Shown here piece by piece: positions 34,185 to 46,836 of a stretch of 64,000 bases of DNA. The position numbers and the translations under genes were made by a program. Location of the stretch: the NCBI GenBank assembly GCA_964035575.1, contig OZ037842.1, positions 1,736,001 through 1,800,000 on the forward strand, in the 5' to 3' direction. Numbering within the stretch: the stretch's first letter is position 1; every line of letters begins with the position of its first letter. The notes under the pieces are model-generated. The model did not search any database. It saw only the letters and a list, made by a program, of their open reading frames with translations, and was not told where the DNA came from. Source of the stretch: Rhynchopus sp. YZ270_cl-10 (lineage: Eukaryota).

Positions 34185-35321
34185 ATGGTGCCGCCCAGGA
34201 TGCTGCTGCTGGCATGTGTTGCTGTGTCGGTGTCCGGACACGGGTACGTGGATTCGCCGCCGTCGCGCGGGTTTGGCTGCAAGTCTGGACTGAACTCCGG
34301 GTGCGGGCAGGTGCAGTATGAGCCGCAGAGCGTGGAGGGTCCTGACGGGTGGCCTTCGGGGGGCCCTGCGGATGGGACGCTGGCGGCTGCGGGGCGGGCA
34401 AACTTTGGGCAACTGAACGAGCAGACGTCGACACGCTGGGGGAAGACTGCGATTGCGGGTGGTGTGAATGTGTTCACGTGGCGCTTCACGGCAGGACACC
34501 GCACGCGTGACTACAGGTACTACATCACACGTGTGGGGTGGAACCAGAACGCGCCGCTTGGGACGGCGTCGTTTGACACAATGCCGTTCTGCGTGGTGGA
34601 CGGGGGGATGCAGATGCCAGCAAACCCGACGAGCCACAGCTGCACGGTGCCCACACGCTCGGGGTACCACGTTGTGCTTGCTGTGTGGGACGTGGGTGAC
34701 ACTGCTGCGAGCTTCTACAACGTGATTGACGTGACCATTGGTGGCGCGGGCGCAACTCCGCCCACACCGCCTGTTGTGTCTGTCCCGCCACCCACACCAC
34801 CCACACCGCCGACGCCAACTGTACCTGTGCCCACACCGCCAACGCCGACAGTGCCCGTCCCGTCTTCGGGTGGTACGGTGGCTCTGTGGGGCAACTGCAT
34901 GGCCGCGCCACACTGCTGTGCGTCGGGGTCGACGTGCTACGAGCAGAACCAGTGGTACGCACAGTGCAGGCCATCGTGCCCCGCGGCAGATGGGTGGACG
35001 TGCCGTGTGCTCGGAGGCTCAGCACCGGCACCGCCCACACCCCCAACCGTGTCTGTCCCGCCGCCTACTGTGTCTGTCCCGCCGCCTACTGTGTCTGTCC
35101 CGCCGCCTACTGTGTCTGTCCCGCCGCCGACTGTGTCTGTTCCTCCACCGACTGTGTCTGTTCCTCCACCGACTGTGCCTGTGCCTGTTCCAACACCACC
35201 AATGCAGCAAGGCTGCAGTGCAACAATCCCTGCGTGGGGTGCATGTCTGGGGCAGGAGCACTGCTGTGCAGCAGGGCTGCGGTGCACAGGGACACGGTGG
35301 TGGAAGTCGTGCAAGCAGTAA
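34185..35321 (+). CDS. AA10 lytic polysaccharide monooxygenase (GbpA/CBP21-like) + Pro/Thr linkers + two CBM1-like modules
   Basis: Signal peptide ending SVSG|HGYV gives a mature N-terminal His. QYEPQSVEGPDG, FTWRFTAGH, YYIT, LAVWDVGDTAASFYNVIDV. CBM1-like WGNC...CCASGSTCYEQNQWYAQC and WGAC...CCAAGLRC....WWKSC. Confidence 0.93.
   Translation: MVPPRMLLLACVAVSVSGHGYVDSPPSRGFGCKSGLNSGCGQVQYEPQSVEGPDGWPSGGPADGTLAAAGRANFGQLNEQTSTRWGKTAIAGGVNVFTWRFTAGHRTRDYRYYITRVGWNQNAPLGTASFDTMPFCVVDGGMQMPANPTSHSCTVPTRSGYHVVLAVWDVGDTAASFYNVIDVTIGGAGATPPTPPVVSVPPPTPPTPPTPTVPVPTPPTPTVPVPSSGGTVALWGNCMAAPHCCASGSTCYEQNQWYAQCRPSCPAADGWTCRVLGGSAPAPPTPPTVSVPPPTVSVPPPTVSVPPPTVSVPPPTVSVPPPTVSVPPPTVPVPVPTPPMQQGCSATIPAWGACLGQEHCCAAGLRCTGTRWWKSCKQ
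35043..35185 (+). repeat. 21-bp coding minisatellite (PPPTVSV)n in LPMO linker
   Basis: About 6-7 tandem copies of (ccg)cctactgtgtctgtcccg. Confidence 0.9.
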
Positions 35322-36217
35322 AGGAGAGGGAGATCGACAGCAGAATGCATTCCAAGCTTTCCCAACAATTCTTGATGTTCTCCCTGCAAAATAAAGACCC
35401 GTAGTGGAAATATAACATTTCATTTATTTTTTGATTCTTTGTGTTTGCCCTTTTGGTTCTACAGCAACCTTTTTGCCGTTTCATTACTTGCCGTCCACTT
35501 CTCTCTCTATCTCTCTTTTTATTTGCGACCTACGAACACTGGCGACTTGATGTTGCCAGTATGACCGAACAATTTTTTTATGCGACCTTTATAGACTATG
35601 ATATGTGGCACAAAACGTATAAACGCCTTCAGTGGGTGCATGCGTTTGTGTATACTTTATTCTATACTGCCACAACCCCCGACACTCCCTTAGCCCCTAT
35701 ACCCTCTCCGTGTCGTGTCGTTCTGTTGGACATGATGGCGTCTTGCATGCATCTCCCCCACATGGCCTATGAATGACCTCGGAGCTCTATGATGATACGA
35801 ATGTATCCTACTGACACCAACCATGCGTGTGGGGGCGGCTCGTTGTCCGCGTACCCGCCCTTGTTCTGCGCAGTGTGCAGCAAACCCGTAAACCCACAAG
35901 TTTACAGATTTGTCTTGCACGATGCACATAAACATGTACGCGGCAGGCGGCCCTGTGTCCACTATTTCCCTACCATCCCAGCCCAGCATGGTTTTGGCGA
36001 ACAGGTGGACACCGGAGGCTGTCCTGCAGCGTCCCATTGTTATGTCATGGACTTGGTTTCGATTTATTTATTTATTTATTTTTTTTTTTTTTTTTTGCCG
36101 TTTTCCGTTCTGAAGTTGCTTCCGGTGTAGGCAGTGTGTCTGCAGGCTTGCACAGAGGAAGGACTTCAATTTCCCCCGCCTGTTGCCCTCTTTCTTCCCT
36201 TTTTTTTTTTGCTGCTA

Positions 36218-36350
36218 TGGTGTTACCGATCTGCTGTCGGGGACATGTCAACGACATGTCAAGGACATGTCAATATAGGGGGGGTGTGTCATTTTCCCCT
36301 GTAAACCTTGTGTCAAGGACCTGTCAATATGGGCCCTTTCGGGAACACCA
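36218..36350. mobile_element. Short TG...CA non-autonomous element, copy 2 (133 bp), 5-bp TSD TGCTA
   Basis: Same termini. TGCTA at 36213-36217 and 36351-36355. Confidence 0.92.
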
Positions 36351-36786
36351 TGCTAAATTTTTTTTTTTGCTGCCAATTTTTTGTTGCCGCGGCCTCCATA
36401 CAGTTACATTTTCTTTTGTTTTCGGCACTCACATTCGTTTAGATACGAAGTTTAGTTCCCGAACGAACTAGATCGAGAAAAGCAGAGGATGTGATACATT
36501 ACATGATCTGAGTCATGTGTGTTATGCGAGTGTGTGGCCGACCCTCTGCTCGAATGAGTTCTCGGTGCCAGAGACACAAGAAAGATGAAACCAAGAAGCC
36601 GTGCACACAAACACAAAACCCATATTAAAAAATACGTACAGTGCTACTACACACAACAAAACAAAACAAAACAAAACAACTCATCCACCTGTTATTTTCC
36701 CTTTCCTGTTCCTCTTTTGCTCCGCCCTCAATTCTTTTTAATTCACGTGCACCTCCAGAGCCTTTTCACTGTGTTGATTTGACACA

Positions 36787-38106
36787 ATGCTAGCACCTGC
36801 TATGAGTACGAAGGAAATCCTAGCTGCTTTGGAGGATGTGACTGAGATTGTTGTTGACAGTGAGTTGTTGTGTGTGGCTGTGCGGAATTCGGTCATCACA
36901 GAGGGCAACACTGGCACAACAGACACAGCACCTACCAGCGACCTGCTGAAGGTAGTGGGCACACGGATCGTGGCTGCAACGAAGTCGCCACTGGATGATG
37001 TCTGCGAAAGGTTGGGGCACCTCTCTCTCTCGCATGTCAACGTTGCCTACCGTGCGCTGTCGTCCGTTGCCGCTGTTCACGTGGCGCCTGTGGACGCTGC
37101 AGCGTTGCAGTCTTTTGGTGCAACGTTCCTTGAGGTAGAGGACGGTGCTGCAACGCATATGGTACTGCTCGCGACGGAGCCGGGTACGCGTGCTGATGAG
37201 AGTGGCCTTGGTAGGTACAGCGGCGGCCTGTGGCGTGTGAAGACGGTGGGAGGAGTGGTTGTACGCACTGCAGGTGAGCTGGCGAATGCGGTGATGGTGG
37301 CAGAGGGGTTTTCGATTGTGCTCAGCCTTCCGGAAAGCTGCACTGCGCGGGTACGTTTCTGCGGCACTGTAGGGGAAGAGGACACGTGGCTGCCAACTAA
37401 GGGCCAGCTGCTGTCGTTCTTTGCCCAGTTTGGCACCGTCTGTAGTGTGCTACCAGCTGAGCGTGTGGACGTACTCCGGTGCTGTACACCTTGTGGTGCT
37501 GTCATTGAGTCTACACTGGACAGCTTCTGTAGCGACTGCGGCGCAAAGGCACCACCACCACAGAATACGTCCGACTACGAGACGTACGCAACGTTCAAGA
37601 CTGCAGACGAGACTGCAACCTGCGTCAACGACGCTGCTGCTGTGTCAGCCTTCTCCTGCACAGTGTCAACTGCATTTGACTACTCCTCCGAAGTCTGCAG
37701 CACTGAGGTGCCTACTGCTGCGTTCAGCGACGCACCTATCCAAGGCCTGCTGCACAGGCACGGCTTCTTCAACCCCTTTTTCGTGCTGAATGTGCCCCTC
37801 GACGCAACTTCCGCCGAAGTAAACAAAGCGTACCGACGCCTGGCCCTGCAGTGGCACCCCGACAAGCAGCATGGCACGGACGTCACCGAGGAATGCACAC
37901 GTGTCCTGCATGGTGTGTGCCTGGAGGACCACCCTTTCTCTAAGTCTTCCAAGCCAGGAGACCTCAAGCTGCTGTTTCAATGGATCGGCACCGCCAAGGA
38001 GGTGCTCCTTGACACAGACAAACGTGCGGCGCTCATGTCGCGTGTGCAAGAGGCTGAGGCTGAGTACGGCAGTGCCGTGCGCAAGGTGTTCCCTCAGAGG
38101 GGGTGA
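36787..38106 (+). CDS. C-terminal J-domain (DnaJ type III) protein with RRM-like region interrupted by a CxxC...CxxC zinc ribbon
   Basis: NPFFVLNV...AEVNKAYRRLALQWHPDK...FQWIGTAKEVL; LLSFFAQFGTV; CTPCG...FCSDCGAK. Confidence 0.8.
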   Translation: MLAPAMSTKEILAALEDVTEIVVDSELLCVAVRNSVITEGNTGTTDTAPTSDLLKVVGTRIVAATKSPLDDVCERLGHLSLSHVNVAYRALSSVAAVHVAPVDAAALQSFGATFLEVEDGAATHMVLLATEPGTRADESGLGRYSGGLWRVKTVGGVVVRTAGELANAVMVAEGFSIVLSLPESCTARVRFCGTVGEEDTWLPTKGQLLSFFAQFGTVCSVLPAERVDVLRCCTPCGAVIESTLDSFCSDCGAKAPPPQNTSDYETYATFKTADETATCVNDAAAVSAFSCTVSTAFDYSSEVCSTEVPTAAFSDAPIQGLLHRHGFFNPFFVLNVPLDATSAEVNKAYRRLALQWHPDKQHGTDVTEECTRVLHGVCLEDHPFSKSSKPGDLKLLFQWIGTAKEVLLDTDKRAALMSRVQEAEAEYGSAVRKVFPQRG

Positions 38107-38377
38107 AATGTTCAAGACATTTGCCCAAGGAGGCCCAGACTGTAATGCACATACCCGTGTGTTGTTCAGTGAATCAGTTCGGACCCCATATCCATGCGTG
38201 GTCTCGAAAGGCGGGAGAGAAATAAATGAATAGTGATCTGGGATGATCGAAACGTTCGGTTACGTCTGTGCATGAGTACAGTACAGCATTTTTGTTTTTT
38301 CATGTACCATCAGTAACTTTATTTTGTCGTTCCCGCACCCACACCACCACCACCATCAAAGTTATACACAAAACACG

Positions 38378-39247
38378 ATGCTTGTTGTTCCAATTGTGCT
38401 GTCAGTTGTGCTGTCCGGGTGCGGATGGGATGGACCGACCTGCACCGAGGGCCAGTCATGCTGTGCTGATGACATCTACAGTCTTGGGAACTGCTACAAC
38501 AAGTCCGTTGCGACGTGCACAGGATGTGGTCAGGACACTTCCTTCCCCTGTCCCCTCAGCACCCCACATTGCTGCCTTGAAAAGAATGATAGGGCAATTG
38601 TGAACAAAGACCTCACATGCTATGGGGAGGGACAGCAGTGCTGTGCAGACAGCGGTAAGGTGGCGAAGACGACTGAGTATTGCATTGGGAAGTGCGGTGT
38701 CGCGACCGACCCCTTCACGCAGTGCTGCTACACGAACTCAACTTACAACCACACATACGACAGCAGGACAGACAAATGCACGACCTGTGGTGTGATTTCC
38801 CTGTCCGAACCTGACGTCCAGTGTTGCGGGCTCTCTCAGTACAACAACAAGACAGAGACCTGCTGCAGTGTTGGCTCACACACATGGTGTGCGAACGACC
38901 ACACCTGTGCGGAGTGTGGGTGCTTGGACAAAGCTGACCCTGACACTGTGTGCTGTGGAAGTCATCAATACAACCCGAAGATTGGTGACACGTGTTGCAA
39001 AGAAGTTTCTCAAGGTAGCACAATAAAAGCAACTGAAGTTTGCAGCCCAGACCAGGTCTGTGGACACTACAAGTATGAAACATACGTGAGCTATCCTATG
39101 TGCTGCACGAAGGGTTGGGAGGTGTGCTCCACTAACCAAGCCCAGACACCACACTGCATGGACCCGACGGTGGACATCTGCTGCGGTGGAAAGTCGTGCA
39201 GCAAGACACTGGGGGACACATGTTGCGGTCAGGGGTGTTGCAAGTGA
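38378..39247 (+). CDS. Secreted dicysteine-rich protein, dispersed copy 5
   Basis: Near-identical to the array copies over the first ~190 aa, diverged C-terminal third with Cys spacing retained. Confidence 0.85.
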   Translation: MLVVPIVLSVVLSGCGWDGPTCTEGQSCCADDIYSLGNCYNKSVATCTGCGQDTSFPCPLSTPHCCLEKNDRAIVNKDLTCYGEGQQCCADSGKVAKTTEYCIGKCGVATDPFTQCCYTNSTYNHTYDSRTDKCTTCGVISLSEPDVQCCGLSQYNNKTETCCSVGSHTWCANDHTCAECGCLDKADPDTVCCGSHQYNPKIGDTCCKEVSQGSTIKATEVCSPDQVCGHYKYETYVSYPMCCTKGWEVCSTNQAQTPHCMDPTVDICCGGKSCSKTLGDTCCGQGCCK

Positions 39248-40031
39248 TGATGCAAGGTGAGAAGGCATTTTATGGAATTTTACGTTTTATTTTTTATAAT
39301 TTTTGTTGTTTTGTGGAAGCGAGTCTTTGAGAAAATAACCCACAAAAAGAAAAAGGTGTACTTGAATGCTCTCATTTTGTCTTTTGGGTGAGAAATAGAC
39401 ATGAACACGTTCACGGGGGATGAAGTGTGCTGTCTGTTTTTTTTCTCCCATAGGGCCATTTGTTGTTAGTACATCACAATTCATTGACGTTACTTCTTGT
39501 GGGTTGACTCTGGTTTTGTTGTTATTTAGCCACTGAAACAGCAGACTCGGGAACCACGATTCCTTTTGTTTGCGTACAGTGGAAAAGTGTGGATTATGTG
39601 TTGTGTGCCAGTGTGCACATTGATCTTGAAAAGTTTGGCTTATTGTTTTTCTGGTTCGGTGAGTAAGCACAGAAGGCTTAGATTCATCTGAATCTGTGCA
39701 CGAGAGGCACGTTCATCTTACAAGTTTCTTTGTTAATGCTCTTTTTGTTTGCTTTATTTCTCCCTTTGCACTAGTGCCACGCCCACATCGTAGATCGTGA
39801 GGGGAAAAAAAGTGTTATTTTCCACATTTCCTGTATTCATATGTTCCCCTCTCCATCGAACTCCTCCTACAACGTTCCTGCCTTATGCATGCAGTGCACG
39901 GCCTGATGCGAGGTTCACTTACGTCTGTTAACTCACCTCGCTCCACACTCACACAACACACCCAACAGGGAAGAGAGTTGGAGAACAGGGCACAGGTTTT
40001 GGGGTTCTCCCCAAAGCCCTGGTGCACTGCA

Positions 40032-42987
40032 ATGCCAGGCATACCTCGCAGCATACAGTCGCTGGCGATCATCCTGTCGGTCTCGCTTATACTGTGCACA
40101 GGTGTGCTGATCGGTGCCATCACCATCACAACAGCGAACGATGTGATCAACCTCTCGCGTCGCTCTGGTGAGCAGGGCCTGCAAAAGTGTCTTGACTCTG
40201 GCGAACGCGACCTGCGCCTCATTGCAAGTCGCTACCTTAAGGAGGTCGTGATCCGAACAGGGTTCGAGGTAGAGCAGTTCCTCAACGTGCCGGAGAACGC
40301 GTTGCGTGACTTTGTTGCCCTCGCGAGCGCACACCATCCCGACGTCGCCACGTCGCCGCACTTCATCAACACCACCATGCGTGAGATGCTCCGCACACGT
40401 GTCTCCGTTCTGGAGTCCCAGGGCACTGACCAGGTTGGGTACTTCGTGTTCCCTTTCTCGCCGTCGCACCCACTCCCGTCACCGCCGCAGCAACCTGAGT
40501 GGGGCGGAAGTGTCTCCTTCGCGCACGCAACAGAGCAGAACGGCGTGATCCCCCCCAACGGACCAAAGCCAGTGCTGGTCCTCGAGGAGCGTCTTGCGAA
40601 CGGCAGCATCGGCCACAACAGTTCGCTGTACAACATGGGTGAGGTAGACGCACTAGGGCATCTGCGGTACCGTGACATGCCCTGCGACCGCTTCACTAAC
40701 TGGACTGCGGGTGAGCGGCGTGGGCTGTGCTACATGTCGGATGAGTACATGGGCGACTTCTGGATTGAGCTGCACCAACGCGGCTGGCGGAATGCGATGC
40801 AAGACCACGGTGTATTGAACCCCGCGAACGAGGTCGTGTTCTCTCCGCTTGTCTCAAACTTCATGTGGCTGAACATCTGGGCGTCAATCTCCTTCACACA
40901 CCCGCTGATGGAGAACGCGTACCCACGGCAGGGAAACCGTGTTGGGTTTCTCTTTGCAAACGCACATGGCGAGGGGCTAGCGAACATCTTCAAGAAGACA
41001 GACCTCCCGCTTGGGTCGCACCTATACTGTGTTGGGCACAACGCGTGGACAGGTACGACGAACACATTAATGGCGTACAACAAGGGGCGCTTCTCGGAGT
41101 TCTACAAGCCGCCTGCGACAGCGGAGATCACAGACCCACCGGACAGGGTGCGCGCGCTGAACATTCTGAACCACACACACGAGGAGAACAGTACTGAGCT
41201 GTCGACCATTGCGCACCATGGGATACACGTGTTCTCGTTCGAGGGCGACTACGGGTCTGCTGCAACACGCACGGCGGATATGTTCGAGTTGTGGAAGGAC
41301 GAGACATCCGAGGCTCACTCGTACTGGACAGTGACGTTCCCCGTGACGCGTGGTGAGTTGATCCTTTACGTGAACCTGCTTGTCCTGCGTGCCGGCATCA
41401 TGGAGACCATCGACAAGTCCAACACAGAGGTGCGTAGCCAGTTCCTGCAGGACAGAAAGAGCTCAGAGGATCACAAGAACCGTTCGCTGATCACAATGCT
41501 GTGTGTAACGGTCGCTGTGGTGGGCGCGTTGCTCGTCATGGCGGTGATCTTCACAAAGCTGATCACCTCTCCACTCACAGCACTCGCAGAGGACATGGCA
41601 AAGGTGGCGGTGATGGACCTCGACAGCATCGACAGGTCGCAACCTCTCTCCCGCCTCTCAGAGGTAGGCCACATGCAGAAAAGCTTCAAAGCAATGTTGA
41701 AAAACCTGACGCATTTCAGAGACTACATGCCACAGTCTGTCCTCCTTGATGAGAACGATGCAGGCTCGTCCCCCGCTACTGAATATCTGACCATCAGAGA
41801 GCGGTACGGTATAAAGCCGAAGACGAAGAAGAGAAATGTGATCAGAAAGAAGCAACAGCCGTTTCAGCTTAGCGACAACACAAGCAACAACAACAACAGC
41901 AACAACAACAACTCAGCAAACTCAATAAACTCAGCGAAGGATATATCTGTTGGCCACACGCTCAGCAGCAGCTCCCTCTCTCCTACAAGCACGAAGGAGG
42001 AAAGCCTAGGGTCGTATTGCACAGGCTCCAACTGCAGCACGCCACGTTCGCTGTGTCTCTCCGTCTCAGCCACGTCGCTTGCTAGTGGCCCGCAAGTGAT
42101 GTTGCCCGGATCTGGAGCATTGCAAGACGTGCAAACGCTTCGCAAGAAGAACGTCACCATTGTTTCGTTCAACCTGAAAGGGTGGCACAAACACATGGAG
42201 CGGCGCAGTAACTCTGACGTGGTCGGCCTGCATGCGGACTTGATCAGCATCATCCAGGACACCGTGCAGACAGCAAAGGGCGTCTGCGACATCTTCTCTG
42301 GCGACCGTGTGCTTGCTGCATTCAACGCATACTCAATTGTGACCTGCCACAGGCAGGCCGCCACATGCTCTGCGTACTCTGTTTGGGAACGTGTCGACCT
42401 GCACCGCAACCTTCCGGCTCTTTCCTTTGCGGTGTGCTCAGGGGAAACACGTGTAGGTCATGTTGGGTGTCCTGGGATGAAGAAGATCACGATGATGTCG
42501 GGCCTTGTGCCTTGGTGCATTGCGCTTGAACAGTTTTCGAAGGTACATGGATACAAGGGCCTTGTGGACCACTACGTTGCTGCGGACACGTTTGGGGTGT
42601 TTGACCTGAAGTGCGTAGATGGGGTGTACTTCAAGAAGCGGACAACGAAGGTGATCAAAGTCTACGAAACGACAGCCCGCCACATGGTGAAGGGCCTTGG
42701 CGGACGTGTCGGGGATGCGGACTGGATGTACGAGGTTGCGTCGCTCGACTCTTCGTCGAAGTACGTCAAGTGGAACCAAACGTTCGAGTACATAATCTCT
42801 GGTGAGTGGGATCTTGCCTTGGAGTCGTTCAGAGGGTTCACAAAATCTGAGATACGCGAGGTATGTACTAAGGGACACATGCCCCAACAACACCACCAAA
42901 ATAACACCACCACAGCTCGACAGAGACAGGCTTGAGGATATGTTGGACAGTCGCAGGTTCTTCCCAGCTCAAATACAGTACCATTAG
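40032..42987 (+). CDS. Receptor-type membrane protein: TM - extracellular domain - TM - HAMP - degenerate class III nucleotide cyclase (exons 40032-42860, 42916-42987)
   Basis: Two TM helices. HAMP ITSPLTALAEDMAKVAVMDL...SRLSEVGHMQKSFKAM. Cyclase-like KKNVTIVSFNLKGW...KGVCDIFSGDRVLAAFNA...SGETRVGHVG. Confidence 0.82.
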
Positions 42988-45900
42988 TTGCGGGTAGGGG
43001 ACGGGGATGGGATGGGATGGGGATGGGGAGAGGGTGTTCGTTCCCTTATGTTTCGTACTGTTGACAGCTTTGTTTGTGTCTGAAGGCGTTGTGTGGCGCT
43101 TTCCTGGCACAGTACAACCCAATACATACAACCTATCCTCGGAAGATGTGTGCACAGCGAAGCACGTTTCATCTTTCAAAGTTATTCTCTTTTTGAGGCA
43201 CAGCCACGGGAGTGCTTCGTATTTCTTCAAGTCAACTTTTTATTTGGCAGTCTGGATTTCCCAATTATACATTCCAGGCATCCAGGCAAAAGTGACATGT
43301 TTTTTCCCTTACATAATGCGATGAGAAATTGAATCATATAATTATGAGCAAAAGCCAATGATTTGACGCGTCCTCATGTTTCCCTTTGGTTCTTCCCCCG
43401 ACCCACGGTCACGTACGCCACTCAGGGATAGAGCCTATTGCTTCCCAAATGGCTGCGGTCAACAGAAACAATACATAGTAGTAGTTTATAATTTTTAGAC
43501 ACAGTTTGGCTAACTGTTGGTTCAAATTTTGAAAACGAATGTGAATTGGTCAGCGATTAGAACCTCGCTTTGACACAGCTGTCAATGCCGCAAAATAACA
43601 TGGTAAATCAATAACTCGCATTGATATTACGTTTTCTGTACCCCGTGGGCATTACACACGCAGGTGATACGAGCTCTGCAATGTTGCACACATGCGAGGG
43701 TGAGTTCACCTCCCCAGTGTCTGTGTGATCTCGACCCCAGCTGCAGGTTGGTACTATTTTTCTTATCCTATTTTTTTTTTTTTCAAAGAACTCCACATTT
43801 GTGCCTCGTTGTGGGGGCACCAAGTCCATAGAGGGCTCCCTGCTGCGAAGCTGTCATGGTATATGTTTCAATTCATCAATAACGTCACACAAAAACTTTC
43901 ATTTCATTCCATCCACGCGGTCTGACGTTTTGCGATGCCAAATTAGGCTTTTGTCAGACCAAAGTTTTTTCATGTATTACCCTCAATGCTTTCTGTTCTC
44001 TGATTGAAAGCATATGAGGCTAATGGCAGCTCTTCTGTCAAACATGAAAAGTATTCAAACGTGCAAGGTGTCCAACGATCTTTCTAGTTTTCTTTTACAG
44101 CTCAGCGCAAGACATTATCTAAGGTCAACAGCATCGGTGGTGCCATGGGCATACATATGTTGGGTTGGGAATACATAATAATGGGTCCAAATGCCCAAAC
44201 AATAGTGCATCCCAACTTTTGTACTTCCAACAGATTTACGTACATGGTATTATTGGTGTTTTTTTACCAATATTTTTGTGTTCCTCAGTTAGCAGTTTGT
44301 CATTTTTCTGCTGTGTTGCATTATACTTCTGGTACTTTTCGTCTTTTCTATGGCGATTTTTTCTTGAGCACAATGTGGTTTATATCCGAACCAGAGCTGG
44401 CCGGACATTCAAACAGATATTTTAGCAAGCAGGATGCGATTCCGTGAGGCCCGTCCATTCTGTTCAATTTTTCTTGAGCATTTGCCTCTCTTTTTCCACA
44501 CCGTTTTATCCTCTCTGTGGAATCACATATGATCAAGCAACGTGGCTTTGTATGCTACAGTTCTTTTGACATCCCTTTTCTTTTTTCATGAAGGCAACCC
44601 TGTGCGAATGAATTAAAAAATTTTTTTGGCAACCGCCCTGAAAAGAAAAACTATTTTGAGGAACCTGCCGTGTACTGCCCTTGCTATAGTTCACTTCTTT
44701 CTCTTCTGCGTTATTAAGCTGATAACAGTTACATATTCTGAAGCAGAAATATTACACGCGGAGAGGTAAAAGATGTGTGAACGCGCATGTGGAAGTTCTC
44801 AGCAGTTAAAAGCGCAAACCCCGCCGGGTTTTTGTACCTCAATTTATGTTTTTGACATCCCAACAGCCAGCAACGACGCATTTATATATTATGCTCTCGC
44901 TCTGGCTCCCGCTGCCATTATTTTTTTTGTTTTTTTTTCTCTCTTTTTTTGTGAAGTTTGCGGCTTATGTTCCGTTCCTTATAACTTACAAGTTTTCTTT
45001 TCTTTATATTTAGACCGACTGACGGATTTTCTCGTGGAAAATATGTCCAGGGAGTGAAAATCAGAAATTAAATTATTTCGGCTCAGGCCAAATTTTCTCC
45101 TTTTTTTTTTAAATTTGTCTCCAGAGGTGAAGTTTTCCTCTTCCTCTCTCTCCTTTCCTTCCTGCTAGGGGTCATCTGATACCAACAAGATATGTTCCCT
45201 CACTGGTATTAGGTGGCTCAGGGCCACTTGAAACGTGCGTGTCATACATATGGCGTGACTCAGCGGTTCGCGTCTTGTGGTGGATTTGTGTGTGAATCGC
45301 AGTTGCATCGGACAACAACTTCTTCGCTGTTTCTATGGTGTGCCTTTTTCTGTTCCTAAATTGAAAGATTGAAGGCACATATGTATCTAATGTATTCCAT
45401 AGCAGCGTTTTGCTGAAATATTGCGACATACACTCTTCTGCAAAATAGGAAGAAATACGCTCAGAGCATGCGGAGTCTCTTTGTTGGACTTCGGTGTATC
45501 TTTGATCCGTATCGTCTCGTCAAGAGTACAGTAGCCCATATTCTATGTGTGTGTACGTGAGGTGCATTCATTTGTTTCAATTTTGTGGTGATCGAGGCTG
45601 TCCGTTCAGTTTTGCTTTTGAACAAATTTGCTAGGTTTTCACCTCTAGAGCCGTGCGGGCGGCAGTTTCAAATATGTGTTCTTTTTGTGTTTTGTTCTTT
45701 TGAAGCGTTTTGTTGCGTTTTCTGTTTTGTCTGTGTCTGCGTCTGTGTTTCTGTGTTCAGCAAAGTTAGTTGGACCCGATTCAGCGCATCAGTGAAGTTT
45801 TTTTCTTTTTTGGAAGTTGTGCCCTCTCCCCCAATCTTCTGAGCTCTGAGAGTATTTCTCCTTCTCTCTCTGCAATGTCAGTTTTAGCGCAAATCCAACA

Positions 45901-46341
45901 AAATAGTTCAGCGAAAATGAAGTGAGATGGGCTGCCCGTGTGCAACGGCGAGGTGATCTCCGTATGCGTCCTGAGGTGAAAAACGGCACCAACTGGGACA
46001 CAGTCCGGATTTTTTATTCTGGATCGAACAAATAGAAGCCACGCCTCGGCATCGCTAAAGTGACGAGAGTGAATGCCAAGTACAAAAAAAAAACCTCCCC
46101 TTCTTTGTTGCTTCTAGATCGCATCCATCCATTTTTAAAAACCCCAAAGACCTGAAACCCCCCGCGTCTTGCAGTACGGTGGTGGAGCAAAAGGGGAAGT
46201 GGAATCGGTACGACTCATGATATCGCGTATTTCATTTCCGACGTATTGCGCTGTGTGCAAACAAACACGCATCTTTTTTCAGCCCAACACACCACCACTT
46301 TCACAGGTTTTCTTCCTTTCCCTCTTTCCACCAACCCTTCA

Positions 46342-46836
46342 ATGTCGGCAATCATTATGATACTCGCTCTGACAACCTCTGTCAACAGGACGACGTGCAT
46401 CACGGCTACTGAAGCTGAGTGCATGGACAGCGCCACATGCGAGTGGCTTGGCACTGGTGAGTGTGCCCAGGCGTGCAGCGCAATGGAACAACTGTTCTGC
46501 GAGAATGCTTTGCACTGCGAGTGGCAGAACCTGAACGACTCCTGTGCAGACTCCCCACCTACTGCCCAAACAGCATCCCCAGGCGAAGGTGCGGCAGTCA
46601 CACCAGACACACAAGACACCGATGACGACATCTCCGACGAAGCCTTGATCGGCATCATCGTCGCCGCCTCTGTGGTCTTCCTCCTCGCAGCCGTCGCTGT
46701 TGTCTACTTCTGCATGAAGGCCTCCTCCGAAGCCGTTCACATTACAGAACTGTCGAAGTTCATCGAACCCGAAGTCGACTTGGTGGACCACAGTGACTAC
46801 CACACGCCAGGCAGGGAGCGTTGCGACATGATCTGA
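46342..46836 (+). CDS. Small type I membrane protein with two Cys-repeats (C..ECxxxxxCEW)
   Basis: Signal-like N-terminus, Cys repeats, TM LIGIIVAASVVFLLAAVAVVYFC. Confidence 0.75.
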   Translation: MSAIIMILALTTSVNRTTCITATEAECMDSATCEWLGTGECAQACSAMEQLFCENALHCEWQNLNDSCADSPPTAQTASPGEGAAVTPDTQDTDDDISDEALIGIIVAASVVFLLAAVAVVYFCMKASSEAVHITELSKFIEPEVDLVDHSDYHTPGRERCDMI

